Shown here in pieces: positions 13,201 through 28,533 of a stretch of DNA of 64,000 bases. The notes beneath the pieces were generated by a model. It made no database searches and was not told the DNA's origin. It saw nothing but the letters and a program-made list of their open reading frames with translations. How positions within the stretch are numbered: the stretch's first letter is position 1; each line of letters begins with the position of its first letter. The translations under genes were made by a program, and so were the position numbers. Source of the DNA: Eledone cirrhosa (Eukaryota); NCBI GenBank assembly GCA_964016885.1, contig OZ024752.1, forward strand, positions 2,046,001-2,110,000, written 5' to 3'.

Positions 13201-14994
13201 ATGGATTATTACAACATAACCAATTCAACTAAAGACATTCCTATACCTGGTAAATCTGAATTCACCAAACTTCTTATTGAAAAAACTGACTCCTTCGTAA
13301 GAAGACTTAGATGGACAGCCTATTTCTATGACCAGCGCCTAAAAGGGAACTTCCATACCAAAGAACATAACTTCCTCGATCATCTTTTTAATTCTAGACG
13401 AAATCCTCCTTCCAACAAAAATCTAGTACAATTCGAGGAAGAATTAACTAAAATAATAAAAAATCTTAAATTCAAGAGATACCCTTACAAAGGACAAGAG
13501 CACCTTGTAAATCTCAAGAACACAATCTCTAACCTAAATTCCTCAAAAAATGTTTTAGTCCACTCTGACAAAACCAATAACTTATATGGTATTTCCAAGG
13601 ATAATTATAACAACCTTATCCTAAAGGAACTTAGGAAAAAATATCGTAAAACCAACCATGAAAATTTAGAATACATAAACCTTGAAGCCTCTGAGATTAT
13701 GTCAAAACTTGGCATTGAAAAAAAGACCGAACCATTCCTCCCAAGAACTCCGAGGATAAATCTCAAGGATCACAAAAACAATTTTCGCACTGAACTACCT
13801 GTTAGATTAATCGCCCCCTCTAAATCTGATCTGGGGGTTGTTAGTAAAGCCATCTTGGATAGAATTATCCCACAGGTTAGTTCTAATTGCTCTTCTTTGA
13901 ACCTAAATTTATGGTTTGGTACTTCTGAAGTGATTGGCTGGTTCAACAAATTGGATAATAAAAACAAACTAAAATTTATTCAATTTGATATTGCCAGCTA
14001 CTATTCCTCCATTTCGCCTTCACTTCTCAATAATGCTCTATCTTTCGCACTTAAATATTCTGACATCACCACAGATGAACTTCACATCATCCTCACCGCA
14101 CGTAAAACTATCCTAGAGTTCAACAACGAATATTGGACCAGAGCCGATACCTCTAACAACTTCAACATCACAATGGGAGCATCCGATTCATCCCAATTGA
14201 CTGATTTAATTGGTATCTTCATTTTGAACTCTTTGAGTCGGAAAATTCCTCAACTTCGCGGTGGAATTTATCGTGACGATGGACTCTTTACTATCCTAAA
14301 TTGCAATATAGTTAACCTTAATATTATTAAGAACAATATACGTAATCTCTTTAACCAACATAACCTAAAAATTGAATTTGATAATAGTATCAAACTAGCT
14401 AATTTCTTGGATGTATCTCTTAATCTTGACACTGGCCTATATTACCCTTATCATAAAAACAATGAGAACCTAAATCATGTTAACTTTAAATCTAACCATC
14501 CTACCAATATCAAGAATGCTATAGTTAGTAATATTGGAAAAAGAATATCTAACATATCTTCTAATAAAAACATCTTTGATGCTAACGCCAATTACTATAA
14601 TAACGCACTTTCTAAAGCCGGCTATCCAGATAAAATCAAATATAGTAAAGAAACAAATTCTAGAAAAACTTACAGTAGAATAATTAATCATGATCATTCC
14701 AATAATTTTAATAAAAGACCTAGATACAAAAACATAATCTGGTATAATGCTCCTTTCTCCATCTCTATTAATAACAATATTCCTAAATTATTTTTTAGTG
14801 CCTTAAATAAATGCTTCCCTCCCTCACATATCTATAGTAAAATATTTAACAAACACACCATCAAATTTTCTTATTCTACATCATCCAATATTTCCAACAT
14901 CATCTCTAAACACAACAATAAAATACTAAATACTAAATCTCTTCCTTCCAACATTGAATTTCATAATAACAGTAATAGTACTCCCGACGCCTAG
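13201..14994 (+). CDS. PLE reverse transcriptase
   Basis: Open frame starting MDYYNITNSTKDIPIP, with RRLRWTAYF, SDKTNN, KDHK..PVRLIAPSKSDLG, FIQFDIASYYSSI, ITMGASDS, GGIYRDDGL, NFLDVSL, SNHP and IIWYNAPFS. The ORF-track start at 13078 lies in the inverted pLTR. Confidence 0.93.
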   Translation: MDYYNITNSTKDIPIPGKSEFTKLLIEKTDSFVRRLRWTAYFYDQRLKGNFHTKEHNFLDHLFNSRRNPPSNKNLVQFEEELTKIIKNLKFKRYPYKGQEHLVNLKNTISNLNSSKNVLVHSDKTNNLYGISKDNYNNLILKELRKKYRKTNHENLEYINLEASEIMSKLGIEKKTEPFLPRTPRINLKDHKNNFRTELPVRLIAPSKSDLGVVSKAILDRIIPQVSSNCSSLNLNLWFGTSEVIGWFNKLDNKNKLKFIQFDIASYYSSISPSLLNNALSFALKYSDITTDELHIILTARKTILEFNNEYWTRADTSNNFNITMGASDSSQLTDLIGIFILNSLSRKIPQLRGGIYRDDGLFTILNCNIVNLNIIKNNIRNLFNQHNLKIEFDNSIKLANFLDVSLNLDTGLYYPYHKNNENLNHVNFKSNHPTNIKNAIVSNIGKRISNISSNKNIFDANANYYNNALSKAGYPDKIKYSKETNSRKTYSRIINHDHSNNFNKRPRYKNIIWYNAPFSISINNNIPKLFFSALNKCFPPSHIYSKIFNKHTIKFSYSTSSNISNIISKHNNKILNTKSLPSNIEFHNNSNSTPDA

Positions 14995-15592
14995 GCTAAC
15001 TTCTGTAAACCCAAATACAACGTCAAACACAACTTCGCTAAATGTTCATAATCCAACTCTAAATCAAGAATCTATTATTCCTATTATTCCTATCGCAAAC
15101 AACTTCTCCAATCCAATTCCTTCTATAGATAATACTAGGTCACTCATTAATAATCGCTCTAATTGCAACTGCCGCATTAAAAATAAATGTCCTCTCAACA
15201 ACCATTGTCTGGATAAAAACTTAATTTATGAATGTAAAATTATAACTAGCACCAATTCCTTCACCTATTTTGGCTCCACTTCCACCTCTTTTAAAGCTCG
15301 TCTCTATAATCATCATTCATCTTTCAAATACAAACTTAAAAGAATCAACACGGCTCTCTCAGAACTCATATGGTCCTTGAAAGACAAAAACATTAAATAT
15401 ACCATCTTTTGGAAGAAGATTTCTTCTGCATCCTCATACTTGAACAGCTCTCTATCTAAAATCTGTAATCTCTGCCTAAATGAAAAATTTACCTTTATCT
15501 CTAACCTAGATTCTATAATAAATAGACGTACAGATTTGTTTTCTATCTGCCTGCATAAATTCCATAGGACTTTTCACAAAGTATACAGTTAA
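14954..15592 (+). CDS. PLE linker + GIY-YIG endonuclease, +1 frame relative to RT
   Basis: CNCRIKNKCPLNNHCL, LIY..YFGST..FKARLYNH, TALSELIWSLK, CNLCLNEK, INRR..CLH. Confidence 0.9.
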   Translation: MNFIITVIVLPTPRLTSVNPNTTSNTTSLNVHNPTLNQESIIPIIPIANNFSNPIPSIDNTRSLINNRSNCNCRIKNKCPLNNHCLDKNLIYECKIITSTNSFTYFGSTSTSFKARLYNHHSSFKYKLKRINTALSELIWSLKDKNIKYTIFWKKISSASSYLNSSLSKICNLCLNEKFTFISNLDSIINRRTDLFSICLHKFHRTFHKVYS

Positions 15593-16619
15593 TATTCAAT
15601 TCTTTATCAATTTAGAATCTTTTCTCAAAGGCACATATACATACACCTCTTTAAAATATACCCATCTTCCTACCTTACTTTAAAGGGAATTATACACTCT
15701 ATAATACTTGTTTACTCATTACCCTCTTTCTATCTTCACCTTGTAAAATCCTTCATAACATATACATTTGTTTTTTTTGACGTTAGAATATTCATCCGCA
15801 ATCATTATTATTTTTTCTCTCTATCATAAAACTTTTTAATCTCAATTTCATCCTTAATTTATTATTTTTTCTCCCCATCAACGAACTCATTCTTAATACA
15901 TATTAACTCTTTATTCGCATATATTATCAATTCCTTCAATATACAAACTTTAACATCACATTATTTTTCTCAAATCCTTCTACACACAAACCTTAATAAT
16001 TTTTCTCTTCGTTAATTTTGAAATTGCCACAATACTTATCAACATACACTTTTTTTGACGTTAGATTATTCATCCACAATTATTATTTTTTCTCTCTATC
16101 TTCATACATAAATTCCCTTCGTTAATTTTCAAATTCCTTTAATTTATACATTATCTTCCAACACTTCTCAACCTCTCTATGTAAAACAATATATCTTTTA
16201 TCAGTTATAAAAACTATCTCTTTCTCTCTATCACCCATCTCTCCCTCTCCACCTTCATTCTCATCTCCTCCCCCTTTTTTCATCCTTTCCACCCCCCTCC
16301 CTAAATAAAATATTTTTTCCTCGCACATATCCTCCCTTCGTTAATTTTCAAATTCTTTTAATTTATACATTATCTTCCAACGGTTTTCAACCTCTCTATG
16401 TAAAACAATATATCTCCTCTCAGTTATAAAAAACTATCTCTTTCTCTCTATCACCCATCTCTCCCTCTCATCTCCTCCCCTTTTTCATCCTTTCCACCCC
16501 CCCTCTCTAAATAAAATATTTTTCCCAATATCACACATCAATCTAAAACCACTTTTCATATGTTGATTTAAAACTGCACTATCCACAAGTGTTTTTAGCC
16601 TTCATATCATGTTCTCCTG

Positions 16620-16686
16620 TTTTATCTGATGAAAACACAAATATTATTGTATGATGATGTTTGTTTTTGAAATGCGCATAATAAAA
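16620..16686 (+). ncRNA. Type I hammerhead, family A 3' pLTR
   Basis: ttttat-CTGATGA-aaacacaaat..gtttgttttt-GAAA-tgcgca-TA-ataaaa; palindromic stem III, AUA site. Confidence 0.85.
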
Positions 16687-16820
16687 TACATGGAACTCCT
16701 TTAACCATCTTTTGATCTTATATTATGTATACTCCAGTCCTACAAACTGTAGAGTGCTTCTTATCCGATATCTGTATTGCTTTATTGTACTACAATGAAA
16801 CTCACCTCCTACATATATAT

Positions 16821-16872
<52 letters not shown>

Positions 16873-16874
16873 AT

Positions 16875-17130
16875 CTAAGGCGGGTAAAATTCCCGAGATC
16901 CATCGACGAGTTCTCTCCAGCGGTCTCTGTCCCTCATTATCGCTGCCATGTCTTGCGCCTCCAACAGACCAGTGTCTGTCCTTAGGGCATCAACACACGT
17001 TAACCTTGGTCTTCCTGTTCTAGTGTGTCCATGTAGGGGCTCCCAAGCGAGAATGTTGAGGATGGCTCTGACATTAATCCGTATACACTGAGGATGAAAA
17101 ACCTCATAGTTGTATGGGAGCCCCTACATA
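16875..17130 (-). mobile_element. RTE/RTE-X LINE 3' fragment with 5' inversion
   Basis: Minus strand WEPLHGHTRTGRPRLTCVDALRTDTGL..MRDRDRWREL..stop; plus-strand RMLRMAL and VVWEPLH pieces at 17050-17130. Confidence 0.8.
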
Positions 17131-17153
17131 TATGTATATATATATATATATAT

Positions 17154-17295
17154 AAAGAAAAAGGGATGAAATCGAAAATGCAACTGAAGTCTTATTTTTT
17201 TTTTAAATATATATATTTATTTGGTTCCTTTACCGGTTTCGCAGTTCTTCTTCTTTTCAAAAGGTGAGTTGAGATGGAGGGTCTGTGGTTTTTCT
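17154..17295 (-). mobile_element. Family D pLTR fragment with U3-A8 hammerhead (17227-17264)
   Basis: Reverse complement of 3880-4023; TTGAAAA core retained with one stem II mismatch; ends in palindrome ggtttttctcacgtgagaaaaacc. Confidence 0.75.
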
Positions 17296-17619
17296 CACGT
17301 GAGAAAAACCCCACATCAACATACAAAGAGACTTATATATACACACACACACACACGCACTTCTCCGTATAAGACAAAAGCTGAAAAATATCTTTTGACA
17401 TGCTAAAATACCCCCGTTGCTTTCAGACACATTCTTACTGACCATCCCTGCCACCACGAATTACTCTGCTATACACACACACACACACACTTATCTTAAT
17501 AGCCTTGACACACATCGCTGCTAACCATTATCACAACATCGAACACCTTACTACTACTACTACTAGACACACACACACACACACACACATATATTTGTTG
17601 TGAAAGAGTCATTTCTCAA

Positions 17620-17834
17620 TCTTGGCGCAAAACCAATTGTTTATTCACATGACCTCTACCGACCAATCAAAATTGTTTTGACCACAAGAATTTTTGCTGG
17701 AGCCACTTTTTTAACATAAAAACTGTCTTGGCGCAAAATCAATTTTTTACATTCACATGACCTCTACCGACCAATCAAAATTGATTTGACCACAAGAATT
17801 TTTGCAAATTTGAGCCACTTTTTTAACATAAAAA
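17620..17834. repeat. Tandem duplication, two ~105-bp units
   Basis: tcttggcgcaaaa..ttcacatgacctctaccgaccaatcaaaattg..gaccacaagaatttttgc..gagccacttttttaacataaaaac occurs twice. Confidence 0.85.
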
Positions 17835-18096
17835 CAGGTACAATTACCAAAACTAATCAGATCAGAGCATACAGCACGGACACTCTATCTCAAAATTATT
17901 TTTGAAAAGCATTTAGAAATGCGCAACCGGTAAACCCTTAAAAACTTAAAACCACAACTGAATACTAACCCATACAATCACTAATACTCTTTTATTCCTA
18001 ATTAAACCATTTTTCAACTGTGAACAATTTGTCAGCATTTTCTATTCCGTTTACCAATATATAATAACTTGTGTGTTAGACTTCTATTCTTTTAAC

Positions 18097-18144
<48 letters not shown>

Positions 18145-18205
18145 TATATACATATATATATACATATATATATACATATATATATATATACATATATATA
18201 TATAC

Positions 18206-18274
<69 letters not shown>

Positions 18275-18322
18275 TACATATATATATATATACGTATATA
18301 CATATATATATATATACATATA

Positions 18323-20328
18323 TAACAAGGAAATGTGGTAAGGAACCAGGTGGACCATAACGCACCAGAAGTACTCAATACTTAGAGTAGTAGAGTGGGT
18401 AATAGGAACGAGTAGGACCCCGACGGCTGAGCTCAAGCCGTTTCGACGGCTAATTCTGGACTAAATAACACATTTTATCCTGGTATTTGAATAGCCGAGC
18501 TTCTCAGGGTGTAATTCCATATATGGTAAAAGTGATAGTCACAAGTATTGGTAAAAAGTTTGTTGTTGAGACATAATAATTCTATCAATGTGATCTACCA
18601 GTGCAATGTGAGGACGGAGACCTCCAACAAAGCTTATATAGGATTAACCGCATGTGACTTCAAGACCCGACTATACCAACACAGACATACCTTCCGAAAC
18701 CCGGCCCGGCGTCACGCCACTACACTTTCGGGTCACATATGCGACCTCAAGGAAAACATATTACATATGATCTCACTTGGAGCTTACTGTCCAGAGCCAA
18801 GTCTTACACGGGAGGACGCCGTCAGTGAAATTTATGCTCGGAGGAAACTTTACAAATGTTGTTTTCGACGGACCAACTCCTAAACAAGAAAGATGAACTG
18901 GTAACTGCATGTAAACACAGATTGCGTAAGACGTACCTCGCCCTCAAACCCCATAATGATCCGGGGGGGGGGGGTAGACTAGGGCTATAACACCCCACTT
19001 ACTGATTTTGTAATGGGTAAACCCTGCTTGCAAAAGTAGACCTAAGATCTTTTATACCTTTTTATCACTTCCTCTATATTTCCTTCTTCCCCCATCCCTC
19101 CCTAGTCCTTCCACCCCAGTCCTCTTTCTTTGTCGTCGCCCTTTTACTTTCTCGCCGACCCGAGGCAGCCCCTCGGTCCTTTGTAGCCCCAGTACCCCCA
19201 CCCCGTTCCCCTATTCTATGATAGATTTGGCCGACGCCGCTTTTTATAGCAGATGTGTTAGACCCCGGATACTTGCCTTCTTATCCGATGGCTGCCCTTT
19301 TCCCTGCTTTCTATATTTCTTAGTGGTATCTTTGCTTTAATTTCTCGTATATCAGTATTTATTTATTTATTCATTTTTGTGTGTGTGTGGGGGGGGGGGG
19401 GGGGGGGATTCTGAATTAATTTTCCGTATCAAATTTTACATATACTTCGTACGAGCATTTATGTAGTTTGCACTAGAATTTTTGTATCGTGGCGGCACCC
19501 TTAGAGATAGTATTAGTTTTCTTTTTCGGTATTCTGAATTATTATTTCGTATTATTTTTTTTTTTGCACTGGGTGGTTGCCGGCCTTGTGCCTGGGGTAG
19601 AAACCTTTATTTTGTACTGGTCTCGGGACTCTGAATTATTATTTCGTGGTAGTTTCTTTAGTATTTTGGCCCCCACTTGTTGACCAGTCACCTTAAGATA
19701 TATTCGGTTGTTTACTTATACCTCTTAAAAGGGTCTCATTATAATTCCGTCCCACCTAGTAAACCTTTCTTTAGTCTAGCAGTACCAGTGAGAGACTTGA
19801 TAGCTGTCCTTATGTTATAGTAACCAGAAATTGTTTTTTTTTTACATTTAATTGTTTTTTAACACTCTCGGTATTTCTCTATATATTTACCCCATATTGT
19901 TTTACTTATTGTTTCGACTTCCTCCCCCCCCCTAGTATCTTCTTTAACCTCATGCCCAGCTATAGTGGGCACTATCAACGCACCACGACTGGGTTTCCTC
20001 CACCCCCTCTCCCTCTTTCTTCTACTGGCAGGTTCAGCTACCCCTTCCCTCCACAAATTGCCATGATAGAATTATTATGTCTCAACAACAAACTTTTGAG
20101 CAATCCTTGTGACAATCACTTTTACCATATATGGAATTACCCCCTGGGAAGCTCGGCTATTCAAATACCAGGATAAACATTTTTATTTAGTCCAGAATTA
20201 GCCGTCGAAACGGCTTGAGCTCAGCCGTCGGGGTCTTACTCGTTCCTATTACCCACTCTACTACCCTAAGTATTGAGTACTTTGGTGCGTTATGGTCCAC
20301 CTGGTTCCTTACCACATTTCCTTCGTTA
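18323..20328 (+). mobile_element. 5'-truncated PLE, family B, with inverted pLTR; both ends carry the tail
   Basis: 18323-18587 is the reverse complement of 20064-20328; frameshifted GIY-YIG at 18588-18990; hammerhead remnants at 18417-18512 (-, CTGAGAA) and 20139-20234 (+, CTGGGAA); (TA)n flanks. Confidence 0.92.
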
Positions 20329-20380
20329 TATATATATATACATATATATATACATATATATACATATATATATACTAAGT

Positions 20381-20505
20381 ATACTGGAGCAACATGAAAT
20401 AAAGTGTTTTGCTCAAGAACACAACACACAACCTAGTCCAGGAATCGAACCCATGACATTATGATCGTCACTCCAACACGCTTACCACTTAGCTACAAGC
20501 CTCCA
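20381..20505 (-). mobile_element. tRNA-derived SINE 5' half
   Basis: Homologous to 3215-3334; B box GGTTCGATTCC on minus strand. Confidence 0.75.
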
Positions 20506-20671
20506 TTACTGAAAGTTTCAAATAACTAATATACATTTACTGATGTCTACTATAAAGCTGCAAATAGCAAGTAATATATGTATTAATAGTTATGCTAGGA
20601 TAGCGAAAGTGCATAGTAATGGCGGTATATCAGTTCTATAAACTATAGTAAAAGATATGATGTACTGTATA

Positions 20672-20873
20672 TGCATGTATGTATGTATGTATGTATGTAT
20701 GTATGTATGTATGTATGGATGGATGGATGGATGGATGGATGGATGTGTGTATGTATGTATGTATGGATGGATGGATGGATGGATGGATGTATGTATGTGC
20801 GTGTGTGTGTGTATGTATGTATGTATGTATGTATGTATGTATGTATGTATGTATGCATGTATGTATGTATGTA
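20672..20873. repeat. (TATG)n/(TGGA)n compound microsatellite
   Basis: Direct reading of the sequence. Confidence 0.95.
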
Positions 20874-21428
20874 TGGTCAGGTCGTTGGCGACTAAACTGG
20901 CAACCCCACCAAGGTTTCTTGTTGAGGAAGGTGACTTTGGACATCCTGCAGGACTAAAAACAAAACCTGTCAAAGGGCAAAGGAGCTCTTAAGAGTCAAT
21001 GGCCATCCAAAATCACTGGGAGAGATGACCCCTTAGCCTTTGTCAAGGCAGATTTCTAGGAGAAGGAAAACTCTGATATAACACCTGCAACCCTGATGGT
21101 ATCCAATGATGTTGACTTGTTCTTCTTTTTGGTAAATATCATCTTGGTTAAGAGAGTGGGACTGGCTTTGTGCAGTGCATTTGCTCACTATAAAAGCTTC
21201 ACGGCACAGGCATTGCTTTATATCTGGAGATCTCTCTGCACTTGTCGTCACATGGTACCATGGGTCCAGCACTATGTGTCAATACTTGTCACAAGTGTAG
21301 TGTTTGTAGCAGAGTTTTCAAGTCTCTGGCTGGACTAAAAAGTTACATTCGTTCATCGCATCGGTAGGGGTTATCCTACATGGATATAAAGTAGTGGCCG
21401 TACTCGAAAACGAGTTGGCAGCCACCAT
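20874..21428 (+). mobile_element. Internally deleted non-autonomous RTE derivative
   Basis: RTE-like 5' UTR (ggcaacccc, aggagaaggaaaactctgat) joined to final codons CSVCSRVFKSLAGLKSYIRSSHR-stop, hairpin actcgaaaacgagt and caccat tail; homologous to 40066-40550 and 40870-40945. Confidence 0.7.
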
Positions 21429-21489
21429 GTATATACATATATACATATTTGTGTGTGTGTATATATAATATATATTTATTAAAATAACA

Positions 21490-24517
<3,028 letters not shown>

Positions 24518-24520
<3 letters not shown>

Positions 24521-24962
24521 ACTAGAAATAGACTGACATATATATATATATATATAATAAACATATGAAACAATCACGGGGAATAATCTGTGAAGTGGGT
24601 AAGGACACATGGCTAGGTAGGTAACTAATTTAATTAGAACTTGTTGCATATTTAAAAAAATACATATATCGCACAACGCCATCCTAGTGGCATGAATAGG
24701 ATTATCGACAGATAGAAATAGTAGCCGAGTCCATTCAACTGAGTTAGTTCTACAATTAAGGGCCGTATATATATACAAAATTAAATTATCCAGTGCAGAA
24801 CTGCAGAATAAGCTCAAAGATTCCAATGAATAGATCCGAGCATTTTATATCAACTAGAAATAGATTTCATATATATACAATAAACATATGAAACGATCAC
24901 AGGGAATAATTTGTAAAGCACGCATAGCTAGGTAGTAACTAATTAAATTTTAATTAGGACTT
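24518..24962. repeat. Direct duplication of a ~120-bp unit (24518 and 24849)
   Basis: atcaactagaaataga..aataaacatatgaaac.atcac.gggaataat..gctaggtag..aactaatt occurs twice. Confidence 0.75.
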
Positions 24963-25177
24963 CAAATATAGATACATTTTAAAATGATTAATATCCTTTG
25001 TATATATTTCTTTAAATTAAAAATATATTTCACCATTTAATCGCTAAATCACAGTAGTCAAATCCCGGATGGTCACCAAAGGAGAAGATCCAACTATCTG
25101 TTTTTAAACAGCAAATGCACATCTGGGAATGACTCGTACTATGCGTTGGTACGAGTTATTCGCAAAAAGCTATTGAT

Positions 25178-26248
25178 ATAAAACGAGTAAATAAAATATT
25201 AATGGAATCAGACAAAACCAACAACATATATGGGATAGAAAAAACAAAATATAAGGTCTTAATTTTAAAGGAATTGAGAAAGAAATATAGAAATGCCTCG
25301 GCTGAAGATCTAGTGGATATCAATAATGATGCTTTTGAAATAATCACCAATCTCGGAATTGAAATGAGGACAGAACCTTTCATACCAAGACAACCGCGGA
25401 TAAATTTTAAAGACCATAAAGGAGATTTCGAAGAGGACTTGCCTGTTAGACTTATCGCACCTTCGAAATCAGAAATTGGAATAATTAGTAAAAACATAAT
25501 ACATCGGATTTTACCAACATTAAAATCGAGGTCAAGGCTTAACTTATGGAAGGGTACTAGTGAAGTCATAGATTGGTTTAAGAACATTGAAAATAAAAAA
25601 AATCGTAAATTTATTCCAATGGATATACAGAGTTACTACTCCTCAATAACTTCTAACCTTTTGAATAAGGCGCTTTCATATGCATATAAACACACTGATC
25701 TATCTAGTGAGGAGATTAATATTATTTTAACGGTTAGGCGAACCTTGATTGACTTTAATAATGATTTTTGGCCTCGTTCAGATAAACAGAAAAATGTCGA
25801 CTTTACTATGGGATCGTCCGATTCTGCGCAAGTTATTGATCTGGGAATTTTCCTCCTTAATATGATAAATACAAAACTGCCGGAGATTACCGGTGGTTTA
25901 TATATAGATGACACATTATTTACTGTAGTTAAACATAGCAATAGTGAAGTAAATAGAGTAAAGAAAATAATTGTAGAATTCTTTAAAAATTACGACCTGA
26001 AATTAGAAGTAGAAAATAACAGTAAAATAATTAACTTTTTCGACGTAAACCTTAATTTAAACTCAGGCCTATATTTTACCCTTCCATAAGCCCAATGAAA
26101 CCTAAATTATGTTAGTTCTGATTCTAATCATCCTAAATGTGTTAAAAATGCAATAGTCAATAGTGTTCAACAACGTATATCCAGATTATCTGCTAACAGA
26201 TCTATTTTTGATAGTAAAGCAGGATATTATAATGAAGCGTTACATAGG
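25178..26248 (+). pseudogene. PLE reverse transcriptase fragment
   Basis: SDKTNN, KDHK..LPVRLIAPSKSEIG, FIPMDIQSYYSSI, TMGSSDS, GGLYIDD; frameshift near 26080, then SNHP..RISRLSANRSIFD..YYNEAL; both ends truncated. Confidence 0.92.
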
Positions 26249-27243
26249 TAATATATACTTACCAATACAAATAAGTAATGGTATAAACATAACATATACT
26301 TAGCTACCACATCAAGACGTAACATATCCTGTTTGTTTTGTGAAGGTACGTATACATTCTCGTACGTATATTTGATTGTATATGTTATGGCGTATATTTT
26401 ATATATTTTGGTACATATGCTTTTGGTTATGCGTATACGTGAGTTTTGCATTTGTGTGAGTATGCGGGTTCGTACGTATGTAGGGTGTGTGTATATGTGT
26501 GCTTCGTGTATATGTGTGCTTCGTGTTTTGGTTGGCGTAGTCTCCGAACATATGTGTATTTACATGTAGGTATGTGTGTGCCCTTCTTATGTACGTATTT
26601 ATTTATTTATATACGTTTATTTAATTATTTGTATACACGCACACACACACACATATTTATATGTGCGTGTATTTGTATACCTATGGCGAGTGCTTTCGTG
26701 TATGCTTGTGTATGTACGTATATGGATACGTGTATGTATTTATTTAATTTCAATTACCTCTGTATTTTATTTACTTTATTCTTAACTCTGAAGCCGAGAA
26801 TCATTCGGTTTCCTGGTTAGAATTTTAGTCTACGACTTCAGTTATACCATTTACGTGGTGTTTTCTTTGCGTGCAATTGTTCTCCTCGCTGCGCATATGA
26901 CGTATTATCTTCGTTTTTTTCGTTCATTGCCAGAGAATGTCTCTATGAACCACCTAAGAAAACATTAGTCTACGACTTCTTTTATACCATAAACGTGGTT
27001 CTGTCTTTGCGTGTAATTGTTTTTCACCGCTCCAAATAAAGACCTATTATATTCGTTTTTTCCCGTTCTTTGCCAGGGAACGTTTCCACGAACCAAATTA
27101 TCGTCTTCCTGTCTCCTCCGGTTGCAAAGTTTTTTTCAATATTCACTTCTGCGTTCACAGATTGACTTTGTTAGTTTCAGAAGATCCCGTTAACGGTGAA
27201 AGCAGCGATTCTTTGCTTAAACTTTAATCTGTTATTTTAATTA
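26249..27243 (+). mobile_element. Family E pLTR-like element (TG-rich body, two ~128-bp tandem units, terminal hammerhead-like motif)
   Basis: Reverse-complement copy at 54335-55320; units at 26825-26952 and 26965-27094; ends in (TA)n. Confidence 0.8.
27158..27231 (+). ncRNA. Hammerhead-like motif with CAGAAGA (U4A) core, family E
   Basis: cagattga..agttt-CAGAAGA-tcccgttaacggt-GAAA-gca gcgattctt tgc-TT-aaact ttaatctg: two-part stem I, stem II, and stem III AGCA/TGCT. Confidence 0.55.
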
Positions 27244-28397
27244 ATATATATATATATATATATATAAATATATATATATATTTAGGTGTCTGTGCATGAG
27301 GCCTCACCTCTGTGTTTACGTATTTATCGTATTATTTGTTTATGTTGTCTAAACTATCGATTCGACAAATACAGATCAAATAAATATGCGCTAGACCTTT
27401 AAGTACTCTTTCATACAAGGTGTACACTTTTCACATATATACATATATTTCTATCTATATATGCTTTACTGTAGTAATTGAACACTATTGAATTATATTG
27501 CAAAATATTTCATTGTCACCGCTGCTTTAGCTCATTATACTATCCTATTCATAGTAGAATTAAGAGACATGAACTTTATCAATGTTTCCACCCTAACGAG
27601 CGAACTTCACTACTCTCATTTCTTTCATCTTTATAATGCAATGTGATTAATAACAGACCATAAATTCTTCATCCTGCCAATGAAGAACGACGAATGTCAT
27701 TTTCCATCTTTCTTTATAGTTATAAAATTCTACTACAATAGCCTTTTACTAATATAACTCACTCTGATTACTATATATGTCTCTTCTCTGTTCCTGTTTC
27801 GTAATTCCTCTGTTATTATCTATGATTAACAGATGTGGTATTTAATCGAATGCTATTGAAGAATTGCATAACAATTCCCGTTTAAGTGATAATGCAACAA
27901 TTGCAAAAGTATCGGGAGATAGATAACATACAATTAATTCGTTAATATGTGAGATTTCGTAATTTTCTCATACCGGAAAATATTTTGTTTCTCATTGTAT
28001 TTAATAGAGCTATGACCTCCGATGCCAATTCAGTAAAAATATATTTCAACACTTTTTTCCAATAAAAAATATTTTATTCACGATAAAAACACTGACGAAT
28101 TTGATGTTTGATGTCGATGTCTAGACAACTAGATTGTGTTTGCGTCTTCGATATTAATGTCGTGTTTTGTCAAAATCTACTAACCATATTAGATTTTAAT
28201 ACTCAAGGGTTTATGCCATAAAAGTGAACCAATAAGACCTAACACAAACAGTTTCTTTTGAATTGTCCGAGTACTTTAGTCATATGAACATAAAATTTAA
28301 TAACAAACGCAATATAACAGCAGGTGCAAATTCCGCTTCCCTCTCTCTCTCCTTATATACCTACACAGAAACACACACACACACATATACACACACA

Positions 28398-28460
<63 letters not shown>

Positions 28461-28533
28461 AGAGACAGAGAGAGCATACAACTTTCCACATACACTCATG
28501 CACCACATAAATATATATATAAATATATATATA

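Larger units (their letters stand above)
12683..16811 (+). mobile_element. Nearly intact Penelope-like element, family A (RT + C-terminal GIY-YIG)
   Basis: RT and EN ORFs; 12683-13140 is the reverse complement of 16270-16726; partial tandem repeats at 15760-16520; tail at 16727-16811; (TA)n on both sides. Confidence 0.95.

Noticed and set aside
13201-15592. Naiad/Chlamys-type or selenoprotein PLE
   Set aside because: The endonuclease is C-terminal and there is no in-frame TGA at Cys positions
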